DNA from: Archaeoglobaceae archaeon | GTDB taxonomy: Archaea; Halobacteriota; Archaeoglobi; Archaeoglobales; Archaeoglobaceae | DNA length: 64,000 bases | Direction of reading: 5' to 3' | Assembly: GCA_038731605.1 (NCBI GenBank) | Contig: JAVYQP010000005.1 | Location: 16,039-80,038, forward strand | Shown: positions 8,809 to 18,389 of the stretch, one piece after another | How positions within the stretch are numbered: the first letter of the stretch is position 1 | How the letters are laid out: every line of letters begins with the position of its first letter | Translations under genes and position numbers: made by a program | The notes under the pieces: generated by a model | Database searches by the model: none | What the model was told of the DNA's origin: nothing | The model's input: the letters and a program-made list of their open reading frames with translations, nothing else

Positions 8809-9861
8809 ATGAACTTCTTGCTAAGGGAAGAGATAGCAAAAAAGCTGAAAAAGCGATTTCGAGTTGTTTCGCCATTCAAAGTCGGAATTGGTTGGGTAGA
8901 CATTGCGATACTTGGAAGAGAGTCGGTTGGAATTGACTTCTGTGAGAGCTACGAGTCGAGCGTTGAAAGGCTCAACTCTTTTCCATTTCATGAGAAGATA
9001 ATAGTTGGGGATTGCGAAGATTGCGAAAACCTTGACGAGTTCTGCAAAAACTTCGACATCGAAATCCCAGAATTCGTTCCTTTTGAGTCGAGTTTGAGCT
9101 TAAAAAAGCTCGAGGATAGCATTGCATCGCTTTACATTGCGAAAGAAGTTCTCGACGATGGTAGTTACGAAGATTTGAAGATTCTTGGATTCGCAAGCTC
9201 ATACTCAAGGGAGAAGATAGAGCCGAAGTTCTTTGTTACGCTCACGAGGGACGGCTTCTCGATTGCGAAAAAGATAATCTATTCGAGGCTCTTGGCAAAA
9301 GAAAAAGAACTCAGAAAGCTCGCAAGCCCTTTAAACTACCTAATAGCCTTGGGAGTTTCGAATTCGCTCTCTTTAAAGCCAGAAAACATTGAAAGTGCCA
9401 ACGATCTGAAATCCTTGCTTTTCATATGCAAGAAGGTTCCCTTAGGCGCCTTCATAACGAGCTCACAAAATCCGAAGGTTGCCTTCTGCGAGTTCCTTTC
9501 AAAAGCGGTGCTCAACGAAAAAGCAGTTGCGTTGGCTGAGAAGCTAAGGGGATTCGGGCTTGCGGTAAAGCACGAGCTTTATTCCCCGAGTGGAGAATTC
9601 ATCTGGGAAGAATACAGGTTCGCAAGGGAGGCGATCGAGTTCTTGATAAAGTCGAGCTTTTACCACATCGAAGATGAGATCTTGAACGATTTCACCTCGC
9701 TCGTTTCGGCGATTCAGAAAAGGGCAGAAGTGATCGAGGGAGAGAGCTTGAGAAAAGCGAAGGAAATTGGGTTGCTACGCAACGAAAAAAGCTTCGAAGA
9801 TTTTGCAAGGATAAGAATTGCGATGCTTGTCGAGAAAGCGCTTGAGAAACTCGAAGCTTAG
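8809..9861 (+). CDS. Hypothetical protein (350 aa)
   Basis: Long ORF with coding-like composition. I recognise no confident motif. Confidence 0.5.
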   Translation: MNFLLREEIAKKLKKRFRVVSPFKVGIGWVDIAILGRESVGIDFCESYESSVERLNSFPFHEKIIVGDCEDCENLDEFCKNFDIEIPEFVPFESSLSLKKLEDSIASLYIAKEVLDDGSYEDLKILGFASSYSREKIEPKFFVTLTRDGFSIAKKIIYSRLLAKEKELRKLASPLNYLIALGVSNSLSLKPENIESANDLKSLLFICKKVPLGAFITSSQNPKVAFCEFLSKAVLNEKAVALAEKLRGFGLAVKHELYSPSGEFIWEEYRFAREAIEFLIKSSFYHIEDEILNDFTSLVSAIQKRAEVIEGESLRKAKEIGLLRNEKSFEDFARIRIAMLVEKALEKLEA

Positions 9862-9926
9862 AAAGTCTCTGTTCAGCTAAAACTGAGGAGATTTTAAATA
9901 CTCCATAGGATATAACTCGCCTGAAA

Positions 9927-12900
9927 ATGAACAAGATCGTGGTTGCGATCATCCTCTACGCTTTCTTCGTAGCGATTGCGAAAGGCGGAGTAGTTGACAA
10001 TACCACGAAAATCGTCGAAATTCACGACATCTATTTCGTCGGAGAGAATGTCGTGGTAAAAACGAACTTCGAGCCAGGGAAATCGTTCATAGTCGATCCG
10101 AAGGGAGAAAAGATTCCTTTGAACTTCACAAGCCAAAATCGCACGTTCTTTGCTGAGTTTGAGCTAAAAAAGAACGTTCTGATTGGGAGATACACGTTGA
10201 TCTTGGACGAGATTCAAAAAGACTTTGTCGTCGACTTCTGCGAGCTGAACTTCAGCTATGAAGAGGGGCTTTTGAACTTAACCGCTAAAACCTTCTTTGC
10301 CGAGCCGAGGATAAGGTATTCCGTTGGACCTCTGCAGGGGGAAGGTGTTGCGCTTGTCTCGATCCCCCTCGAAGCTGGAGAGCACGAATTCGTTGCTGAA
10401 TGTGGAAAAAGCGTTCTTAAAGGAAATGTGAGCGTAAACTTCTCGATAGTCTATGATGGGGTTGTTTTCGCCGTTCTCGATGGAAAAGCTGTGAACGCAA
10501 CGCTAAAAGTCGAGAATTACGAGTTCCAAGGCAACTTCGATCCAAGGAAGCTGAATTTAACGAAGTTCAGAGTTAAAGCGGAATACAAGCATCTCAGAAC
10601 TTCTAAGGAATTCGATCTGAGCTTGGGGCTTCGAGAAGTTTACTTTCCTAAGGAAAAAATCGTAATAAAGGCTGATTTTGCGGAAAAGGGAAAGTTAATC
10701 GATCCCACGGGAAAAGTTCATGAGCTCACGTTCAAAGACGGCGTTGCAGAATTCGAGTTGAGCAAAGAAATCGTTCTCGGAGTGTATAAAGTCGTCGTTG
10801 GAAGCGTAGAAAGGAGCTTCTATGTCGACAGCTACGAAATCTCCACATCCTTTGATGGAGAAAAAGTCAAGGGAAACGTTTCTTGGCACTTCATCGCCCC
10901 GAGATTCGTAGAAGTCGTGACTAAGAATGAGAGCTTTAAAGTCGAGCTCGTAAACGACACCTTCGAGTTTAAAATCGATGAAGACGCTCTTATCAAATGC
11001 GGTAATGCTGAAGTGATCGTCAAAAAGAAGAGCGTCGAACTTCGAGACTACTACTTCCTGGGCGACGTCGTGGAAGTAAAGGTGAACTTCGATGCTGAAA
11101 AGGGCAAGGTATTGGCGCCATGGGGGGAAAGCTTGCTCGAGTTCAAAAACAGGAGCGCAGAGTTCTTTGCAAACGAAACTGGAATGTATAAGGTGATCGT
11201 TGACGGAATTGCGAGAGAGTTCGTCGTGGATAACTGCGAGCTGAATGCAAGCTTCGACGGGAAAAAGATTATTGGCAAGGCGAAATGCGTTTACAGAGCG
11301 CCAGAAGTATACTACAACATTTCTGGGATCGAAGGATCGGCGAAAGTTGTGAACGGAAGTTTCGAGATAACCGATTTGCCCACTGGTTCGCACACGGCAA
11401 TTTTGAAATGCGGAAACGCACAGATAAGCCTCGAGCTCAAGGTATTGGAGCCTAAGGAGATTGTCTTGAGAGACCTCTACTTCTTGGGCGATGAAGTGGA
11501 GATAAATTTGCGGTTCGCTCCTGAAAAAGCCCTGCTCACAACTCCGAGCAAAAGCTTTGAACTGAACTTCACAAAGATGAACGAGAGCTATGTGGCGAAG
11601 TTCGTCGTTGAAGAGATCGGGAAGCACAGGGTTGAGATCGACAACGTTACAAAGGATTTTGTTGTCGATAACTACAGAGTGAACGCAACAATCCTCGATC
11701 AAAAAGTCGTTGGCAACGTCTCATGGGACTTCGTTAAACCAGAGTTCGTTGAGTTCAGAAGCGCATTGGGAGAAGGAAAGGTGAACATAAGCGAATCTGG
11801 AGATTTCGAGATTCCAATTGGCGAAAACTGGGAATTTTTGGAGCTTAAATGCGGAAATTCTGTGATGAAGCTGATTGAAAGGAAAATCTTCGTCAAAGAA
11901 ATCTTCTTCGTTGGCGAAGAAGTCGAAGTAGTTGCGAACTTCAAGCCGAATGAGAGCTATCTAATTTTTGGGAACGAATCTTCCGAAGTTGAGTTCGAAG
12001 AAGCTAATGGAAGCTTTGTTTACAAATTCATCGCCGAAAAGCCAGGAATTTATGAGCTTAGGGTTGACGACGTCGAGAAGAAGATCTTCGTTGATTCCTG
12101 CAAGCTGAACGCAACCATCCTCGATCGAAAAGTCGCTGGCAACGTCTCGACGATCTTTTCACGGATAAGCTCCCTTGGACTTGTGCTTCAACCTTTGAAC
12201 GTTTCGAGCTTTGTCGAAGTCCGCAATGGGACTTTCGAATTCCAGTTGCCAAAGAATGTGAGCGAAGTGGTTTTGATCTGTAAGAACTCGGTTTTAAGGC
12301 TGAAAGTGGAGAGAGCGAAAGTTTCTGATTTTAGGAGCGTTGAAGTCGAGGGGATGAAGTTCAACTTCTCCATCGACAAGGGGAAGTTCGAAGATCTTAG
12401 CTTCGATGGTGAGAATCTGAGCTTTGTGATCTCCGGGCTGAACCAAGGGGAGGAAGTGAGCCTTGGAATTTCGCTACCCTTCGAGATACCTGAGGCGTTG
12501 CACCTCTACTACTGGAAAGAGGTCGATGGTAAGAGTTTTGCGGTTGATTACAGCTTAGGAGAAGACAGAAAATCCGTAGTGCTAAAGCTTAAGGATGGAG
12601 AAGATGAAGATGGAACTGCGAACGGTGTTATCGTAGATCCTCTGAAGTTATACGTTCCGAAGCTTAAGGTTGAAAAGCTCATCGATGGGAAAAAGGGATT
12701 GCTGAGAATTGAAAAAGAAAAAGAAAAGAGCCTTGAAATAAAAGTTGAGAGCAGTGGAATGATTAAGTATTTGGCATTCGTAGATGCTGAAAACTTGCCT
12801 TCTAAGCCAGTAGATTTTCCATACGGGCTCCTAAAGTTTGAGATCGAAGTCAATCGTGGCGACGAAGCGGAGATACGAATTACCTACCCATCGCTCCAAG

Positions 12901-15900
12901 ACATGATCGACGACAATGGAAAAGCAAAGTTCTACAAGTTCAATCCAAAAACTCTGGAGTGGAGCGTTTTCGATGCAGAAGTGGAGAACAACACCGTAAT
13001 TCTTCGCTTCAAAGACGGTGGTTTTGGCGATGAAGACGGAGTTGCAGATGGCGTTATAAGCGACGATGGTGGTGTTGGCTGGGCGGGATATGCTGGGCTT
13101 TATGGAGCTTCAATATGCAGAGATGAAAAAACCAACGAAACCCATACGTATTGGATCTACGTTCCTTCAGGGGATAGCTTCAACATCAGCGTTTACGATG
13201 GAGATGGGTTTATTGTAAGGGTCTACTATCCAAACGGAACCCTCTACGGTAGCTATACTGCACCTTCGAACAATGCTTGGAATAATTTCATAATCAACAC
13301 GAACTTGGCTTTTGGCTGGTGGAAACTTGAGATTTTTGAAGACTCTTGGCCATCGAACAACGGAAACTACTACGGCTTACGAGTCAACGGAACGGATGAT
13401 ATAAACATAAGGGTAAATCATAGCTATAGCGTAGGCACAACAATTATGTACGGCACACCTGATAGTGTCATCGTTGGAGAAGAGACCTCTCTAAATATTT
13501 CCCAAAATTACTACGTTTTTGCAGATAGCTTTTTAGTTGCTATATACGATCCTGATGGAACACCCCGCAGACCCGCATTAAGAATCGATGTTACTTCACC
13601 CGATGGTCAGAGTTCTTCTTGGACTCCTTCTGATAATGACGTATGGGCAACGCAAACATTTTCCGGAACACTTGGTGTTTGGCGGATCACAGTAACACAG
13701 ATCAGAGACTTCAACGACTATACTGCTGGAGGAAACCACTACAGACTCGCAGTAAACCTAAGCGATGGATTATACTTCAAACCTCCAAAACTCATGAACA
13801 TCAACGGAAGAGTTCTCCACGATCTCTATCCATTGGGGAGGAACGAGAGCGAGGACATTGGAATTCGAGGTGTCGAAGTCCTTTTTGTTGAAGACAGAAA
13901 TGGTAATGGAGTTCCAGACAACGGCGATAGGGTTTTGCGAAGAAATTACACAGATGCGAACGGGAACTTCTCGTTTACAGCGGTGAAAGACATAACGAGG
14001 ACTTACTTCGTCGTCGTGAACTCGAAAACAATTAATGCGACGAATGCAAGCTTAAGCTACAACTCCGGTTTCGACATAAATTACGTATGGGCTGAGCAGA
14101 GCTATCAGAGCAACGAGAGCGACTACAGCGAAGTGATTTGGTTCTTCGGAGGAAGAGATGCAAATAGGAGCGATAACGTCAGCGTTAGCAGTAACACCTT
14201 CTCGGGAATTGCGGAGCACTACGTGAAAATAAATCCAAGCTCGTATAACGAAGAAACAATCTACTTTGGCTTCAACTTCAGCGTAGTTGTGAACGGAATT
14301 GACGAAGATCATGACACCGCGAATCCAAGATATTGCCAAGGTTGCCTAAGGCAGTTCGTAACAAATGCGAATGCAATCCAAGGAAAGCAGAGGAGCTACT
14401 TTGTCATGGCAATCGAAGCGAACGAAATCGATGGAAATGCGAAGTGGTGGAGAATAGATTTGAACAGCACGCTTGGAGCTATTGGAATCAGCGAAGCTTT
14501 GGATCTGAACGCGACAGTTCTAAATCCAAGCATGGAAGTGAACGACACGAATCCGGGGTTTGTTACCTACGATTACACCAGCAAGTCCCTTGTTTCAGTC
14601 CCCACGCAGACCGAGATCCCAGTTGGAGTCGGCGACGATGGAATCCCCTTCAGCGGAGACGAAGAAAAGCTTAGAGCAATTCCAAAGCCAGAGATCGAGA
14701 TCTACGGCGGAGCTTTGAATCCGATTTTCAACGTAACTTCTACTGCCACAGGGGTTGAGTTCAGAGACTTTGCAGTCTTTGGAAGCCAAAGCAACACTTA
14801 TCCTGGAGCAATAAGGGTCTACGGCAACGATTTTGTTGCTGAGAACGTATTCGCAGGCTTAAGGGCTAATGGAACTGATCCGAAACTCAGCGGGCTTAAC
14901 AGGACTGGAGGAGCTAACTTCTGGATCGAAGGAAATAACTCGACGGTTAAGAACTCGATCATCGCCTTTGCCGAAAGATATGGTTTGCTTTTCTACACTT
15001 CAAACGTTAAAGCTGGAAAAGCTGAGAACGTCATCGGATTTAGAAACGGTCTAATCTTCGATGGCGGGGACAACTTTGGTGCTGAAAATCTTGCGAGCAA
15101 CGTCACGTTCTCGATCTGCTTATCCGCAAAAGCGTCTGCAAATGGAATAGAGAGCAACACAGCCTTGGAAGGCATTTCTGTTCAGAACTGCACAGTCGAG
15201 ACCAACGGAATTGGAAACGAGACTGGAGCGATTTCCGAGATCGCCGGTGTCAGAATAAATGCGAACAACAGCTTGGTCAAGAACAACTTGATAAGGGAAA
15301 ACGGGATCGGAATCTTGGTTTCCAACCGCTACAATGATACCGCAACGAAACAAGTCTTCAACGTCACGATCACGAAGAATGCGATATACAACAACTCGAA
15401 GCTCGGAATCGATTTAGCGAATGGAAGTGATTTCGCAATAGCGTTCAGAGGAGACAACGTAACCCTAAACGATGGAGCTTTGAACTGCAATCAGCCGAAC
15501 TGTGGAATGGATTATCCAGTTATCACCTACGTTGAATTCGACGAAACCGAGAACGAACTTTACGTCGAGGGATTCATAGGCAAAGAAGACGTTGGCGGTT
15601 CTTCAGCGTTCGCAAGTGCAAAAATCGAGATCTATTTGGTCAACAACTCAACGCAGGGAGACAATTTGATCGGGAACAACTGGAGTTACACTTCGCAACT
15701 CGCAAACCACTACGGAGAAGGCTACATTTATCTTGGCGAACTATATGCAAACGCTACAGGATACTTCAATGGATCGATAAACGTCGCTGGAAAGGGAGTT
15801 GAATTAAACTCGTTGATAACTGCGACTGCAACGCTCAACGGAACTTCAGAGTTTGGACCGAACTACCTACTCAGAAAGAGAATAAATATATCTGCGGAGA

Positions 15901-16157
15901 TCACAATAGAGAACATGGGAGCAACGATAAGGGTCAAAGCCTTTGAGAAGGCTAAGAGCGTGAAAGTCTACTGGAAGAAGCCGTCTGGGCTTGTAGTAGC
16001 TTCGATGTCTGGCGATTACATCGACAACGGAAGCTCTGACGGCATTTACTGGTGGAAGTTCAACCTGAATGCAGGCGAGGAGAAGTTCGTCTATCTCAAG
16101 TTAAGCGGTAGCGACTTCTCGATGCTCGAAGCCTTTAACATCGGTGTCGATCCATGA
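9927..16157 (+). CDS. Giant secreted multidomain surface protein (2076 aa)
   Basis: Has an N-terminal signal/TM segment (IVVAIILYAFFVAIA) and five tandem beta-sandwich repeat units. Two DG(E/G)xxDEDGxAxGVIxD motifs lie at 12591-12641 and 13011-13067. Two PPC-like modules span 13119-13781 and a Cna-B/SdrD-like module spans 13794-14021. A parallel beta-helix region (NNSxVKNN, NNSKLGIDL) spans about 14724-15446. I counted about 70 N-x-S/T sequons by hand. Confidence 0.85.
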   Translation: MNKIVVAIILYAFFVAIAKGGVVDNTTKIVEIHDIYFVGENVVVKTNFEPGKSFIVDPKGEKIPLNFTSQNRTFFAEFELKKNVLIGRYTLILDEIQKDFVVDFCELNFSYEEGLLNLTAKTFFAEPRIRYSVGPLQGEGVALVSIPLEAGEHEFVAECGKSVLKGNVSVNFSIVYDGVVFAVLDGKAVNATLKVENYEFQGNFDPRKLNLTKFRVKAEYKHLRTSKEFDLSLGLREVYFPKEKIVIKADFAEKGKLIDPTGKVHELTFKDGVAEFELSKEIVLGVYKVVVGSVERSFYVDSYEISTSFDGEKVKGNVSWHFIAPRFVEVVTKNESFKVELVNDTFEFKIDEDALIKCGNAEVIVKKKSVELRDYYFLGDVVEVKVNFDAEKGKVLAPWGESLLEFKNRSAEFFANETGMYKVIVDGIAREFVVDNCELNASFDGKKIIGKAKCVYRAPEVYYNISGIEGSAKVVNGSFEITDLPTGSHTAILKCGNAQISLELKVLEPKEIVLRDLYFLGDEVEINLRFAPEKALLTTPSKSFELNFTKMNESYVAKFVVEEIGKHRVEIDNVTKDFVVDNYRVNATILDQKVVGNVSWDFVKPEFVEFRSALGEGKVNISESGDFEIPIGENWEFLELKCGNSVMKLIERKIFVKEIFFVGEEVEVVANFKPNESYLIFGNESSEVEFEEANGSFVYKFIAEKPGIYELRVDDVEKKIFVDSCKLNATILDRKVAGNVSTIFSRISSLGLVLQPLNVSSFVEVRNGTFEFQLPKNVSEVVLICKNSVLRLKVERAKVSDFRSVEVEGMKFNFSIDKGKFEDLSFDGENLSFVISGLNQGEEVSLGISLPFEIPEALHLYYWKEVDGKSFAVDYSLGEDRKSVVLKLKDGEDEDGTANGVIVDPLKLYVPKLKVEKLIDGKKGLLRIEKEKEKSLEIKVESSGMIKYLAFVDAENLPSKPVDFPYGLLKFEIEVNRGDEAEIRITYPSLQDMIDDNGKAKFYKFNPKTLEWSVFDAEVENNTVILRFKDGGFGDEDGVADGVISDDGGVGWAGYAGLYGASICRDEKTNETHTYWIYVPSGDSFNISVYDGDGFIVRVYYPNGTLYGSYTAPSNNAWNNFIINTNLAFGWWKLEIFEDSWPSNNGNYYGLRVNGTDDINIRVNHSYSVGTTIMYGTPDSVIVGEETSLNISQNYYVFADSFLVAIYDPDGTPRRPALRIDVTSPDGQSSSWTPSDNDVWATQTFSGTLGVWRITVTQIRDFNDYTAGGNHYRLAVNLSDGLYFKPPKLMNINGRVLHDLYPLGRNESEDIGIRGVEVLFVEDRNGNGVPDNGDRVLRRNYTDANGNFSFTAVKDITRTYFVVVNSKTINATNASLSYNSGFDINYVWAEQSYQSNESDYSEVIWFFGGRDANRSDNVSVSSNTFSGIAEHYVKINPSSYNEETIYFGFNFSVVVNGIDEDHDTANPRYCQGCLRQFVTNANAIQGKQRSYFVMAIEANEIDGNAKWWRIDLNSTLGAIGISEALDLNATVLNPSMEVNDTNPGFVTYDYTSKSLVSVPTQTEIPVGVGDDGIPFSGDEEKLRAIPKPEIEIYGGALNPIFNVTSTATGVEFRDFAVFGSQSNTYPGAIRVYGNDFVAENVFAGLRANGTDPKLSGLNRTGGANFWIEGNNSTVKNSIIAFAERYGLLFYTSNVKAGKAENVIGFRNGLIFDGGDNFGAENLASNVTFSICLSAKASANGIESNTALEGISVQNCTVETNGIGNETGAISEIAGVRINANNSLVKNNLIRENGIGILVSNRYNDTATKQVFNVTITKNAIYNNSKLGIDLANGSDFAIAFRGDNVTLNDGALNCNQPNCGMDYPVITYVEFDETENELYVEGFIGKEDVGGSSAFASAKIEIYLVNNSTQGDNLIGNNWSYTSQLANHYGEGYIYLGELYANATGYFNGSINVAGKGVELNSLITATATLNGTSEFGPNYLLRKRINISAEITIENMGATIRVKAFEKAKSVKVYWKKPSGLVVASMSGDYIDNGSSDGIYWWKFNLNAGEEKFVYLKLSGSDFSMLEAFNIGVDP
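10629..12317 (+). repeat. In-frame tandem repeats inside the megaprotein gene (units start near 10629, 11037, 11463, 11889; the last three have a 426-nt period)
   Basis: Each unit begins xLRDxYFxGD and contains FVVDNxxLNAxxxxxKVxGNVS and LKCGN. DNA segments 11681-11722 and 12107-12148 agree at 39 of 42 positions. Confidence 0.7.
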
Positions 16158-16594
16158 TCGCCAACTTTTTCACTCTAATCTCGTTTTGGCTTCTGTTCAT
16201 CGCAATCTCAGTGCTAAGCTCGGGATTTCTTATTTGGCTCGGGTTAAGGGTGATCGGTAAGAAGAGAGGCTTTTTAAGATGCGTATTTGCGAGCTTGATT
16301 GCGAACGTTTCAGCCTTCGTTCTAACCTTTTTGATCTCCTTAGCTTTAACAGCTTCGATCGTATTCGTCCCATACTTCATACCTCTTTTTATGCTCACTC
16401 CACTCATAGCGTTCCTGATCTACCTATACGTCCTCAAAACACTCCTCGACGTTGGTTTCATCGAAGCCTTCGTTGCGACAATCGTTGCAATGGTCATCGC
16501 CTTCATACTTGGAATACTGCTTTTGGCGGTGTTCGGGATTTGGCTCTTCTTAACTCCCCCGCCACAGATTATGCACTTCGGTGTTAGATTCTAA
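16154..16594 (+). CDS. Small polytopic membrane protein (146 aa, about 4 TM)
   Basis: ATGA overlap with the megaprotein stop. The sequence is almost entirely hydrophobic helices. Confidence 0.6.
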   Translation: MIANFFTLISFWLLFIAISVLSSGFLIWLGLRVIGKKRGFLRCVFASLIANVSAFVLTFLISLALTASIVFVPYFIPLFMLTPLIAFLIYLYVLKTLLDVGFIEAFVATIVAMVIAFILGILLLAVFGIWLFLTPPPQIMHFGVRF

Positions 16595-16631
16595 TTGCAC
16601 AAAAATTTTAATCCCTCGGACGATTTTTTTC

Positions 16632-18389
16632 ATGCGAAACCTGATCTTAGCAATCCTGCTCCTCTTTGCAATCCAATGTGCTGGAGCTTTCGAAGTCCAG
16701 AAGTCGATCAAGGCGGTCGCAGTGACGAGCGGGGAGGAACCTGAAGGTGTCGTCATAAACGTAACTGTAATCATAAGAGATGGCGAGGGAAGGGTTTTTG
16801 TCTCGACCACTCCCTTCACTGAAATAGACATGCAAGGAAGCGCTCAGCTCTCAGCTCTTACCGCCTGCGATCTTCTTGGCATCGACTTCACGAAGTTCGA
16901 CTTCTTTTACGTGATCGAGGCAGATGCGCCAATTGTTGGTGGACCCTCTGCGGGAGCTGTGATGACGATTGCGACAATCTCAGCGCTGAAAAACCTTGAC
17001 ATCGACGAAAGTGTCTACATGAGCGGGATGATCTACCCAGACGGGTTCATAGGACCCGTCGGTGGCTTAAACTACAAGCTCGAAGCTGTTGCAAAGAACG
17101 GAGGGAAGATCTTCTTGATCCCGAGCGGGCAGAGCGTTATAACCGTTGAAGAGAGAACGATTCGGAGAGTTGGGATTGTAAGCGTTGTTACAACCGAGCT
17201 GAGGGAGCTCGACTTAGTGGAATACGGGAAAAAGCTCGGCGTAAAGGTCTTGGAGGTTAAGGACGTGAACGAGGCGCTCCGCTACTACACTGGTTACGAA
17301 ATTGCGAAACCAGTTGCGAGCGTAAATCTAACGCTTTACTCCGATGCGCTCAAGCTTCTCGCTGACAAAATGCGTGAGAGCATTGGGGAGCTGAAGGGCT
17401 ACGAGACAAAGGAGGCAAGAGAGCTGATCAACAAAGCCGAAAGGAGTTACAATGCAGGAAACTACTACACCGCAACGAGCGAGTTCTTCCAGGCGAAGAT
17501 CCTCATGAGATACGAGATGAACAAAAAGACACTCGTCTCGGCGCATCAGATAGAGAACGAGATTGCAAGCGTAGAAAGAGAGATCTCTCAGCTTAAAGAC
17601 TACCTCAAAAAAGCTCAGATCGGAGTCAACTCTATCCAGATAATCGCTGGAGCACAGGAAAGAGTTGCAGAAGCTGAAAATGCCTTAAGACTAGCGAAAA
17701 AAGCAAAAAGTCCTGAAGATCTGCTTTACAACCTCGCCTACGCAAGGGAAAGATGCGAAAGTGCAAAGGTTTGGCTCTCACTTCTTCCGCAAATAAAAGA
17801 GGACTACGCTTTGAGCGGTGAAGAGATCAAGAAAAGAGCCGAGTTCTACATAAACCAGGCGAACTCGATCATAGTCTACGCTTCCTCGCTCCAAGGTTAT
17901 CAAGACTTAATCACGAGCGCTTACAACTCGCTTGGGATCGCAAAGAAGCTATACTCGGAATCACTTTACGCCGGCGCTGTATTCGAAGCTTTGAACGCAA
18001 TAACGGATGCGAGCATCTCCATCGAAGCAAAATATGGTGGACTTAGAATAGAGGAGAAAAAGAAGAGCGCTGAAATCGCAATTGCAGAAGTTGAGCAAAT
18101 AGGTTATCCGATTCTTCCGATTGCCTACTTTGAGTTCGCAGAAACTTCACAAAATCCCTATGCGAAACTCCTTTACTACTCGCTCTCGGAAAGGATTGCG
18201 AAGTTCATGCTGAACGTTGCGAAGGTTAAGGGAGAAAGGGAGCTCGTCCACTCAGCGTATGAAGAGATCCCACAAAAGACACCCGAAACAAGGGGTTCGC
18301 TGAAAAGGATAATAGAGTCGCCTGGTTTCGAAGTTGCGATTGCCTTGCTCTCGCTCTCTTTGATCGCCTACAGGATCAGGAAGAGGTAG
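16632..18389 (+). CDS. Extracytoplasmic S16 (Lon-type) serine protease with helical C-terminal domain and PGF-CTERM-like anchor
   Basis: Signal peptide MRNLILAILLLFAIQCAGA. IVGGPSAGAVMT (Lon catalytic Ser motif) and GGLNYKLEAV (Lys of the dyad). The C-terminus is SPGFEVAIALLSLSLIAYRIRKR. Confidence 0.75.
   Translation: MRNLILAILLLFAIQCAGAFEVQKSIKAVAVTSGEEPEGVVINVTVIIRDGEGRVFVSTTPFTEIDMQGSAQLSALTACDLLGIDFTKFDFFYVIEADAPIVGGPSAGAVMTIATISALKNLDIDESVYMSGMIYPDGFIGPVGGLNYKLEAVAKNGGKIFLIPSGQSVITVEERTIRRVGIVSVVTTELRELDLVEYGKKLGVKVLEVKDVNEALRYYTGYEIAKPVASVNLTLYSDALKLLADKMRESIGELKGYETKEARELINKAERSYNAGNYYTATSEFFQAKILMRYEMNKKTLVSAHQIENEIASVEREISQLKDYLKKAQIGVNSIQIIAGAQERVAEAENALRLAKKAKSPEDLLYNLAYARERCESAKVWLSLLPQIKEDYALSGEEIKKRAEFYINQANSIIVYASSLQGYQDLITSAYNSLGIAKKLYSESLYAGAVFEALNAITDASISIEAKYGGLRIEEKKKSAEIAIAEVEQIGYPILPIAYFEFAETSQNPYAKLLYYSLSERIAKFMLNVAKVKGERELVHSAYEEIPQKTPETRGSLKRIIESPGFEVAIALLSLSLIAYRIRKR

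Noticed and set aside
10695-11702. 335-aa ORF antisense to the megaprotein gene, plus several shorter antisense ORFs between 10.8 and 15.4 kb
   Set aside because: It lies entirely within, and opposite to, a strongly supported 2076-aa CDS. The translation is low-complexity with no motifs, as is typical of shadow ORFs.
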